Shown piece by piece: positions 37,901-49,324 of a stretch of DNA of 64,000 nt (its first letter is position 1; every line of letters begins with the position of its first letter). The notes beneath the pieces are model-generated. The model had not been told where the DNA came from. It saw only the letters and a program-made list of their open reading frames with translations, and made no database searches. Source of the stretch: Raillietiella orientalis (lineage: Eukaryota); contig JAYWIR010000027.1 in NCBI GenBank assembly GCA_036172245.1, positions 2,046,001 through 2,110,000 on the forward strand, given 5' to 3'. The translations under genes and the position numbers were made by a program.

Positions 37901-40900
37901 TCATCTAGCGTTTGGCAGCTGCAGAGGAGACTCATACGTCAGGTGGTCACTACCGCCACGATTCGTCGCCGCCGAGTGCAAGCGCGCCGACCGTTTCACA
38001 GCAGAGATCTTGGAGGTGACAGCTGCCTTGCCTTCGGAGCGCAGCTGGTAATGGCGTTGCTGCTGCCTGTGGTTGCTCGCCGTGAGCTTGCTCTTCGCTA
38101 TTTTCTTAGTGCTCTTAAAATCGTCGTCCGGTTCTTCCATGGGCGGACAGTCGACGACCTCCTCCCGTCCACTCCGATCTGCGCTGCCGCTGCGATCGCC
38201 GTCTTCGCCCGAGGAGTCCAGAGACGATTCTTCATTCCCGAACGACGATGAGGAGGAAGACTTCCTCTGTTTCTTCTGCTTCCGCACGCTCCTAGGAACT
38301 TTCGTACGTAAGTTGTTGGCGTTCCTGCATACGGAGGCGTTCTGCAAGTCCTGACATCGCAGCTCTTCGATACGGCTTGCCACCTCCACAACCAAATCGC
38401 GAGACTCTTGGCGCAGTGTTTTCTTGGCTGCGCAAATGATTGCGGTGAAAGCTTCGCACACGCTGGGCTCATGCATCTTCTCCGAGAAGCAAGAGATGTT
38501 CTCCAGGAGCTTGCGGAGTGAGCGTTCCCCGTACGGCAGGAGGGAGAGGCAGTAGGATAAATCCCGCCACTGTCTCTCAGTGGTGGCGCCACGAGCACGG
38601 TGACAGAGTTTCTCAACCAAGGCTTCGATCTGTTTTTCCTTCTGGATGAATCCGAAGCAGAGCTTCATGATGATCTGGAAGTTCTTTTCCACGGTCCCGA
38701 CTTCGGAGTCGGACAATCGGGAGATCAGATCGGGCAGCACGTTGTACAGCAGGTTGCCTTTTGTGCTCAGCTCCCCGAAGAACATGTGCGCCAATTCGCA
38801 TACTTTAACGTCAGCATCCACCAGACAGAGGGCCATGTCGGCGACCTGTCCCTTCACTTTGATCTGATCATTCAAGATGAGATAAGTGAGGACAATAAAC
38901 GCATTTTTCCTAGCCAGTTCCGAGGGATCGCGAAGACGCGCATACAGGTTGGCGGTCCAGGGCTCGATTAAATTGGGAAAGCAAAAGGAAATACTGCCGA
39001 GGGCAACAGTCGCATTGGAACGCATGATGGGGTCTGGGTCATGCTCGGCAATACTAAAAAGTAGCTGGAGTTGCCTTTCGCATAAATTGGGAGAGACCAC
39101 CATGTAGTTCGCTAGGGCAAGGAGACAAGAGCGTCGAAGCAGGGGATGGGAAAAGCGCTCGGGATTGGCGCACACTTCGATGAGAAACGGGGTGAATAAA
39201 GCCAGCAGGTTGGTGCCCAATACAAGCTCATGGTCCAAAATCGAGCCTATCTCTTCCTTGACGAAGCAACTCATGCTCAGATCTTCGGGCAACTCCATCG
39301 CAGAATTGTCAGCAGTAGCAGTAGGATGCAAAATACTCGGTCTACTGCTTAAATGTGAAGGGAAGTGCTGACCAAGTTTCTTCTTATTTTTCATCGTTTG
39401 GGAAACATGCACATCTAAAAAGTGGGCTTGCTTGGCAGCGATCTGACCCACCAAAGTGGCCAGTCGGATCATAAGAAAACCTGGTATTTCTGAGGAAACT
39501 CTTGATTCCTGAAAAGAATCCAGCAATCGCGCCAGCATTTTTTCTGCCAAGCTATCAGGTTGTTCCGAAATCTGCAATCACAACGTACAGGTTGAATCGG
39601 CAAAAGGTATTCTCTTACTTTATAAACAACATTGATCATCTGCACTGTCATTGGCCCAAATCCAGTCATTTCTTCCCTGTCTACTGTTGAGTTAAAAAAT
39701 GCAATCATTTGTTGGAAAATCTCATGTGTCTGAGGAAAACGAGTGGGCTGGTGACTATCACCCGATTGCAGGCACAGTAGAACTTTGCAAGTGACTGTGG
39801 CTAAGAAGCAATCATTGGCTGGACGTTCCTGAAAACCATGCTTAAGCAGCAAAGGCAAGCTAGCCATTATTCTCTGGGTTGTGCTGCACATGCCAAATAA
39901 CAAAAGAGCAAAGCAAGCTTCTTTATCTGCTCCTTCAACTAGGATTTGCAACAGCACTTTTTCCGTATGAATGTTCAGATCTCCTGCTTTCATGAACTCT
40001 TGAACCAAACGCTTCACACTCAGAAGCTGCACGTCAGATATAGTTGAACAAAGTGAAATAAAGCGATTGGCAACATCCAGAGGGCCAACAGATACACCAT
40101 CAGATGAAGCAACATAGATTTTGCGGTAAGCTTGAAGGACTGCTTCCCGTATATTGGTCTCTGTAGACCAGATAAGATTTAACATCCTCTTGACACCTGT
40201 GGTTGCACCTTGCAAACCAAACTGGAAAGCAATAACGAGAAAGTGGATAGCTTCCAGAACATCAGAACTCTGGCGAGAATCTAATAACTGAATTATGGTA
40301 GGCAGTCCATCATGAAACAGCTGACAGAAAACCAAAGAATCTTGAAGATACTGGACCACTTGTTTCTGAACACCAAGTTCTTCTGACTCTTCAATATCCA
40401 CCTGATCTTCCAAAAATTGGGAATGAGACACAAACACATAGCGCAAGGCAGATACTAAACTCCGAATTTCAGAAGAGCAAGATATTCCAGGGGGAATGGC
40501 CTCATCTTCACTAAACCTCTTAATAATTAAATTAAATACTTATATGCTTATGCTTACCTATCAAGGAGATCGGAAAATTGCTCCTGAAAAAGTGCCAGCA
40601 ACAAAAATAATTGCTTATAAGCCCCTCTCATCAGTGCTATGAGAATATTCGTCATGAACACCTCTTTATCCTCTTGGCTACTGATACTTATATCAGCTAC
40701 GTTGGAATCAGGGTCATTGATAACTTCTTGTAAGTGAGCAATCACTTGGGGCATCATCTTGCTCCAAACCTCTTCCCGTTTCTGAATAGGTTGCTGTCCC
40801 ATCATATTCTGTAGTACTTTTTTCTCCTTGTCTAATTGCTCTTGCAAGTTTTCTAGGGAAAATTTGGCAGAAAATGGGTTTTTCTGAAGGAAAACTGATA

Positions 40901-42463
40901 GGCACTGCAAGCAACGACTACGAACAATGCTACTTCGATCCAGCAACCGTCCTAACACCTTCTCCAACACAGAGGCCCGACGATTCAAAGGAATGGCTTG
41001 GGCCTCACACAAATGCTGCCAGATCTGCAGAACTCTCCCACGAACTAATGCATGGGTATCATGTAGGTGCTCCAACAGGTGATCCAGAAATGAGTCTCTT
41101 GTCATGCACACACTTTCTTCCTGAATTTGTTCACCAAGGACACACACCATTTCTCCCATGATGCTAAGCACAGCTCCACGTAGTGAATAAGAATCACTAT
41201 TTAAATAGGTCACCAACAAACTGACACAGGGCAACACTGTTAAGGGAATTAACTCAGCAAGCTCCACAAGGAACTGCGAACACTGCCTCATCCCTCCAGC
41301 ATCTTTAACGACATCACCACTTTCCACTGCACTCACTTCACGTACTAATTCTGCAACTAGATCTTTGCATCCATAATCTTGTACCAGTAGAGCCACTCCT
41401 TGTGCTATGGAAGAGCTGAGGTGATCAGAGTGTTGCAGCAACTGTAGAAAGTTCAATGCATTTCATAAAGATTTTGTGTATGTCACCTGAATGAGTTTAA
41501 GAGTACAACTGTAACTATGGTTGTAACATCGGATTAATGTCCCCAGAATCTGAAAGAGACTATTTCTCGTGGTTCGTGTACGTACATGACCCATGGTAGG
41601 ATTCTCCAAAATTTTGTAACAGCCATTAGCCACCAAACTACGAAGTGGGAGAAAAAATGAAACCAAAAAAACCTACTTACTTTACAAAATCTTCCTCAAC
41701 AACAGGAGGATCCCACAAATATTGCAAAGGTAACTGAATGATTTTGAAAAGCAATGAAAGTATCTCATCCCTTTGTTGTTCCCATTTTGTGACATTCCGA
41801 TCTGTCTTTGATTTCTTTGCATCCTGAAACAACTGAGTTTACTCTGCAGATATATAAAAGCTCTACCTTATTAGTTGCACTTAATATAGATGAGGCATAC
41901 TGAGTCTCAAACTGGTCAATGAACTGAGAAAGAAGATAGCATCCCATCTTCAGTAGCATTTGATATCTTGTTCTGGTGTCAACATTAAGACCCTCTTCTA
42001 ATAACTGTTGCAGATCGCTTAGGAGATAAGGAAAGGCTAGCAATGAAAGTACCACCTCATAAACACATAATTGTTGGTAACTAACCTTTCAACAGGGTCT
42101 TTACAGCTTCATACTTTATGTCATTGTCTAATTCTTTAAATTTATAGATGACGCTAAACAATGTGTCAAAAAAGTTATGCACCAAATCGGACCCACATTC
42201 CTGAATGGCTCTTTGGAATTCTACAAATTAGCATGCATGATCAAAACTGCTAATCTCATTTATTTAGTAAAATTTTACACTCATTTGCATTAGTAGAGAT
42301 TACTAGCAATTTGCTAAGTTTCATAATTGAATATAAAAACATAGATACCTTGTATTCTAGAAGATATAGTTTCTATATCAACGATTTCTTTGACAGCATA
42401 TTGAAACTGTTTCGAACAATTAAGCAACTCATTCCGATTAACAGGAATCACAAATTCAACCAT
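37901..42463 (-). CDS. NCAPD2: Condensin complex subunit 1 (CAP-D2 / Cnd1), multi-exon
   Basis: Starts MVEFVIPVNRNELL..QYAVKE at 42463. Contains LWDPPVVEEDFV, HLHDTHALVRGRVLQ, DVLEAIHF..GVKRMLNLIWS, and the Cnd1 domain RSNATVALG..FPNLIEPWT..LILNDQIKVKGQVADMA..LYNVLPDLISRLSD. Short GT-AG introns keep frame. Last exon 39571-37901. Confidence 0.96.
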
Positions 42464-45400
42464 AATATGATGAAATGGGATTCCACTGACTTAATCACAT
42501 ATTAAAGTATTAATTATGCATTTATATTTATGTTCAAGTACTTCCGTTGAAACACTGACCATCGATGTCAACACACACAAGTTTTCACAAACTTTGTCTT
42601 TACACCTTTTGAAATGCAATGGGTGAAATAGTCCTGCAAGGTAATGCGCATCTACGAAAAAAAAACACTCGAAAAGTTCTTGATAATTCTAATTTCATAT
42701 TATTACTTCTGCAAACAATATTATAGCCATGATACTGAATTTCTTTCCTCAAAACAGTTTTTTACGAGCAATGAATCTCGGAACATATTATTACATTATA
42801 TTTCCCAACAGCTAAATGGTTCACTTATTGTAGACTTTTAAGAGCACTGTAATTAGCTCCCCGAAGGCTAATATAAACACAAATACAAAATTATGTTTTC
42901 GCAGAACTTTCCTACTTCTACCAAATCACCCGCGAAAACCAAAATGCAGGATTGCCAAGTGATCATACCATTTGTAATTCAAATTGAAAAATTATTCTAA
43001 TTATTGCATGGCATCTTTCATGTTAATAGAGAAATCCATCACATTTTTCAGTAGACGAACTAATAACCCATAACATGAACAAATAAACATTATTGTGTTT
43101 CTCATATTATATGTTATAGACTTTATCAAGAGGCCGAAAGTGCTTCCTCAAGAGTGCCCTTCCTCTGATCGTTTCTTAGTTTTGGCTCGCGAGAGGCTTC
43201 TCCAGCCAGCAAGGGAACAGTGATGACTATTCATCGAAAAAGATTCTAGCTATCAGCCTCCAACTGCGACTCGTTTCCAGAAGGCTGAGCGAGCAGACAT
43301 GGGAGGAAGGTGCCCGCGGTCAGAAAGAGAAGATGCGTATTTACAGGCAGGTAATTCCTTGAGCACGTTTCTGGCATGCCCTAAGGCCTAAAAGAAGGGA
43401 AAACACTCCCTATTCTTTCCCGATTGTCTAAGGCATCCACTCCTCTTGGATACGGAGGTTTCATCACGTGTGTTCCTCAAAGGTCCTCCTGTGACGCGGA
43501 CACGATACTGTAACTTTCGCGGAGGTCAGAGAAGATTCTGGAAGACCTTCAGGCCAAAAATTATCCTGAAATAGATCGGACATTTAAGAATGAGTTGCTG
43601 TCTGACGTGACTTGGAGAAGTTAGGTTGGTAACCACGAACTTCTCAGGAGGAAAATTGTGATCAAGAATTGTTTGAAAGGAATGGAAGAGCAGACAGGAG
43701 ATTCAAGAAAAGAAAAGCCGTTATCAAAAAGAAGTCTTTCCGTGACTCAGAGCTCTAGCGAAGATCCGAGATCGCCTCAGTATATGCAGTTTCCCATTCT
43801 CAGAGCTCCTTCAAGGAAGCTCTAGACAGGGACATCGCTAATCTATCCTTTCCTCTCTCCCAGAGGAGAGAACGTGTGGACCACTCAGCTTCATCGCCGT
43901 TAGGAGTGGCACACCTTTCTTTTAAGCCCAGTGTGTTCACAAGAAAACCAGGAAGATTCACCGAAGAAGCCGGACAGTACGAGTTCGTTTTCTCCTGGGG
44001 TCTGCGAGACCCTGCAACTGAAAAGCGGCACGTGAATGAGGACACGCGTCTCTGTCCAGAAGAACGTATCCATTTGCCTCTGTATTTCCGAATTCTCCAG
44101 AATTCAGATACCAGGCAGTTTCTCGAAAAATAGCGTGCCCAGAGGCAAGAATCTCCTGCCTCAACGGCACGGACGATTACTCTTTCGGAACCATTGACCC
44201 TGAGACCCTGAGGAAGTATGGAAAACGATATTGAGATCAGAAGTGATGGGAGAGCATTCTGTACTGCATTTTGTTGTTTTAGTGCTAATTTCAAACTCTC
44301 TTGTTTTTTCCTTCTTCTTTTTTTCTTTTGCATGTTTCGCTTCCAGGATTCAAACATCTCCTGATTTTCCTGGACTCCAGGAACTCAGTCTCTCTGCAGC
44401 ATGAGGAAGCCTATTGATCCCACAGTGTTTGTCTAGTTTTTTTGGCAAATAGGCGAAACCCAAGATTGCAGCCTCCAGGAAAGGACGAATGTATCCTATG
44501 GTTCAGAGGGTGGAAAGCCACTTCTGTTTTTCCGCAGACTGCAACCACGGAGTTGCGTGGAGTTAGCGAGACAGGAAGAGTCGTATCGATTCGGCATCCA
44601 TACTTCTGCCACAGCAACAAGCGAAAATCCTCCTCCTCCGATGCATCGAATGTACAAGTCACTGGGAAACTCTCCTCTGAAGCGGATGAGTGATCGGATT
44701 CCGTGTCAGGCTGCAACTTTCCCGATGCGCCTCACTGGACAAGAAAGGATGAAAACAACACGTGTTGCATTACCTCGTTGTTTCGTTACCTCCTGGGATA
44801 GGCATCACAGCCATATGACAGCCTCTCTGAAGCACATGGCATGAGTAGGCAAAAGCACCCTGCCTCGAGGTCTCACGCATCGCAACTCGTTGATTATGCC
44901 TAGGTGCACGTTGTTAGCATCCGTTGCTAGGGTAAGAAACTCTCCACGCACTACCTATCATGATCAACTGGATCACGGGATTCCCAGCAGACGCAGGTGA
45001 GCGCTACTGGACACCTGTGAGAGCCACGTTGTTAGAAAGCACACTACAGATCGCGTAGGGAATGAGAAAAAACTGGATTCAAAGCCTGTTTCTACGAAGC
45101 GAAGCGAAGGAGAAGCTCAATTTCGGGGAACCAGGAAAATATCAGTCCAAAGCTTTAAAATCAGTTGCTTCTTTTTCTTTTTCGAGTTTCGAGAGAAATT
45201 TCTTTCTTCGTCCTTTTCCCTTCGTCTGTTTATCTCTTATCAACAACGAGCGGCACAGGTGAATGTGCTGTGTGCTGCACAACAGAAGCCGGAGCAATTT
45301 CCTAACTCGTGAAATGTAACAGCATCCAATGATTGTGAATGATGAGACATCTTATTATGGTGATTTCAAGGGGCAAGACGTGGTTTCAAGACACTTCGTA

Positions 45401-45991
45401 TCTTGAGATAGTAAGTACCAGTCGCTCCTCTTCTATGAGCAGGCAGATGGATACTTCAGCTCAAGAGAGATGCATAGCTATTGCCTTCTCGATGATCAGT
45501 CATTTTGAAAATAAGAATCATCACTCTCCCTTTGGCTAATGATCTTGGTTATTGTGCGTGGGAATTTTGAATAGAAAGTTTGCATAAGTGGAAAAAAAAA
45601 AAAATGACTTGTATGCGACATTTGCACGAACTAGGGTTGTCCAAGTAGACATTTACAATAAAGTTATCTCGATCTGGGTTTCCATCTCCACAGCAACGTA
45701 GATTGGAAATATGCTTCGTACTCATAATCTATCTCCGTCATAATCGATATTCGTGCCCATAGTGAATCGAAATACTTGTGTATGGTTGCTGTTGGTAACG
45801 AAAGCATACAGAGATTTGTGACATGGATTCCATCTTATTTCTGCATGACTTTGCACTTTCCGAAAACCGAAATGGCTGAGTTCAGCAGATGGCGGGCGCG
45901 TCTTGAGCCGTGGTCTCTCCGAAGCACCCCAGAGCAAATTTTCTCATTGTTCTTGGCTGGGATGCTGTCTTCCCACGTGCATATCCCTGTG

Positions 45992-47092
45992 GAGTTTGGT
46001 TCATGGTCCCGAAAGACACGATCCCGAACGCCATGAGCTGGAACGTTATATGGAAAATGAAATAGATATAGCGAATTATAAAGGGTAATAAAAATTAATA
46101 GAAAAGATTCCTCTTTTACCATTAATTGGTCTCGCACACTTGATTTCTCTACCCTTTTTTGCGAAGTAACCGTTCCACAAACATCTTCCCAGCGCCTTCG
46201 CGATGGCAGTTCTGAGGTGGGGCTCAGAGGTGGCGCAGAAGTTCGCTTCCCGGGCCGATTGTTGTGCGCGCCGCCTGCGCACAGATGCCACAGTATCTTG
46301 GGATGGAGGGGCGGGGAGGGGATTCAACTCTCGATATCTGCCCGCCTCTGAGTCTTGCGCACGGGCAGTATCGTAGGTGAGGAAGGCGACTGAGCCGCGA
46401 TTATTGCTAGTTGAAAACTTTAACCAAAAACCTCTGAGTGGTCCTTCTAAAAAATAGAAAGACCCTCGATACATGCATCAAGCAAAGGACCATCTCCATA
46501 AACAACCGGGGTACCCACCAATTAGCAATTCGGTTTTATTATCGCTCTAAGACAGCCTTTCTTTCCGACGAGAATCGCGGCTTTCCGGATTGCGGTGTTT
46601 CACGTTCACGCGATGCAAGACTTCAAAATAGAGTTAAGGATCGTGGAAGTCGGCCAGCTCTTATGGAATACCTCCGTGCCCACAATCTATCCGTGCCCAT
46701 TTGCTATTTTCAAAGTTGATAGCTACGGTAGTGCAAATAAAAGAGGGGCTCTTCCCTATTTTCCATTCTGTATTCTGGGTCATCGAAGTTGTGTTAAGAG
46801 GGATGCCACGTTGGATATCACTTTTTCATATGTCCAGTTTTTTTCTTTCTCTCTCTCTCGTTTTTTTTTCTTCTCCTCTGCTTTAAATAGTCAGCACTGT
46901 TGCCTATAATTAATTCGCTGTGCCATATGTGTCACGTTCCTGTCATTTCCATCGCTCAGTAAATGAAACTTTCTCAACAAGTGATGGATGACCCTTCCGG
47001 GATTATGATTTTCCGGCTTTTTAGACATCATAAATTTCGATCTTTCGGGATTTCAGCGTTCCGGATCGTGTCTTTCGGCCATACTCAAACCC
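45992..47092. mobile_element. Non-autonomous Mutator-like (MULE/MuDR) DNA transposon, Ricksha-like deletion derivative
   Basis: Imperfect TIRs: left gagtttggttcatggtcccgaaagacacgatcccgaacgc (45992-46031), and reverse complement of the right end gggtttgagtatggccgaaagacacgatccggaacgc (47092-47057). The right arm has ~15-bp periodic ttc(c/g)ggat units (46993-47080). Internal frame RDARLQNRVKDRGSRPALMEYLRAHNLS (46609-46692) resembles a MULE transposase C-terminus. No intact TSD seen. Confidence 0.8.
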
Positions 47093-49324
47093 CCTTACTC
47101 CCCTCACCCCGTTCCTCCCCGTCCACTAGGTGTGTGTTTCACGGGAAATCTGGTCCTGCGTGAGGAAGGAGCCGAACGAAAGCGCGGATTGCACTTTGCG
47201 ACGCCTCGATCGAATCGCGGAGCGGTCAGTGCTGCTGGGCGCGCGTGGGAGGGAGGAGACTCGGACCAGGCGTTGTGGTTGCTTCTCCTCTTCGCCTGGC
47301 GGGGATCGCGGAGGATGCGCGCTTTTCGCACGTCCCGTGCGGTGCCCTGGCGGCGCGTTCCGCGCGCCCCGCGGCCCAACTTTCGTCCGTAATTTGCGCT
47401 TAAAGGGCAGCGGGCAATTAGCTTATGGACCGAGCTGCGGAATGTTCATCTGTCCGTGATCAGATACGACGTCCCGCGCCGGAGGACGCAAGCGGAAGGG
47501 TCGGGACTCTCGTGGCCGCCGGAGCAAAAATCCTGTTAATGGAGCCTTCCCGTCCGAGGTCGCGGCGTCCTCCCGGGATTCGAAGTGACGTTTATGAAGT
47601 AATGGCATTGGCCGCTCCTCTGTCCGCGCCGGCCGGACGCGGATCGTGGACCAGAGTGGAAAGCCCCTCAGAATGGGAGGTGCCCAGCAGCTCAGCGAAC
47701 GCGAATTGCGGGCCGGAGGAACTGACCTCGCAGGACCCCCCTCCTCCTCCCTTTCTGACAGCTTCCCAGCGCTGGCCGGCTCCTTCACCTCCCATCTCCT
47801 CCTCCTCCTCCTTTCGAGCATCCTCCGTGCTGCCGCTCCCAGCCGGAAGCCTCCCCCAGGAGAAAGAAGAGTGGAGGCAGGGAGGGAGGAGACTCCGATG
47901 ATGATCGCTGAGGTTCCCTCTCTGCGGGACGGGACCACGGGACTAGTGTGCGACCACGAACGCGTGCCTGCGGGCTCCTGCTCCCCGGCTGCATTCGCCG
48001 CTTTAGGTTCTGCTCCCCTCGATTGGGAAGAGGGTCTCGCAGAGATGCCAGGAAACAGGGATGCGGGGACACGGAGTGCTCGCCTTCCTCTCCTTCCGGA
48101 CAGGAGGAGAATACCAGGAATGTGTCCCCTTCGGGCTCTCGGGGAGACTCCGCGGTCCTGCCGTGATGGGGAACCGAGGATGAGCAGGGATTCCTTGGCC
48201 ATCCACCCCTCGATGGCGTGCCGCAGCTGTGGGAGGTGGTAGAAAGACGCCATAGAAAGGCTAGGCCCTTGGGCTCCCTTCCCCTCCATGGAGTCCCTGA
48301 GACCGAGCCTGCTGGCGAGGGTACTGTGGATCTAGGGCTCATTTCCCCTTCCCCTGCTGCTTCCGTGGCCCCAATAACCAGCGCCGTTTTCTCGGAGCTG
48401 CAGCTGTGCTCGAGCCGCGCTCCTGGAGGATGGAACCGGCATCTCCGCCTCCATCAGCGCCTCACTCACTCCGCGCATCGTCACCGATTGGCTGCAGGCG
48501 CCGCGGCTACGGACAACCTTCCCAAGGGCTGTGCGCGGCCGCGAGCAGTTGGCGCGGCAGCGGGCGCTCCTGGAGCGTTTCGCCCCACGCCCACTGCCCG
48601 TCCCCTCGTCTCCACCTTCCCACTCACGGGGCACGGCAGGGACACGAGAGTGGCGGATGCTTCCCGGCGGCGGCAAAACTGCCCGTGCACGCGCGCGCGG
48701 GGGATGGGGCAGGGCGAGGGGAGGATCCGGGGATCACCCGACACCCGGCAGAAAGGGAAGGGAAAGAGGAGCTTTCACAGCTTCCGGGAAAGTTCCGTCC
48801 GCAAGGGGGGAGTCTCGGGATGGGGGGGGGGGGACGAGCGCACGTCTTTTTCCTCGCCCTCGCCCTCCTCCCCCCCTTTTCTTCGTAGGACCAGAATGGG
48901 GCGCGCGCCCTGGGAAAAGGTGCCCCTCTCTCCCTCTTTCTTCTCAGGAATCCCCGCGCTTGCGGGAGGATTCCCGAGGATCGTCCGGATCCCCTGCTGC
49001 CTTCCTTCCTTCTGCGGAGCAGAGCAGCTCCCGCACCCTGGGGGCGTTGCTGCTACTGCCCTTTTCGTGCCGGAAAGCTCTGGTGGTGTCGCCACCACGG
49101 ACGACCGGCTTCTCCCCCTCCGAGTACTCGGGCACGTCCGGCCGGCTGGCCGGCCGTGCCGCCGCCGTCGCTCGTGGTCGGGAACCGACCCGCAGATGAT
49201 CCTCGATCTTACCGCTCGGCGGCGGCGTTCCCCATCTCCTCCCGCGCGCGTGCATCTCCGAGGCAGCCTCTCTAGCGCGCGCGCGTCGCCCCCCGCCGCT
49301 CGCCCCCCCCCTCCCCCGTGGCCA

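Noticed and set aside
46300..46335. B-box-like gagttgaatccc on the minus strand suggesting a tRNA or SINE
   Set aside because: No cloverleaf or A-box, and it lies inside the MULE arm.
46993..47080. Periodic short repeats superficially like a CRISPR or iteron array
   Set aside because: Eukaryotic context, no unique spacers, and explained as subterminal transposon TIR units.
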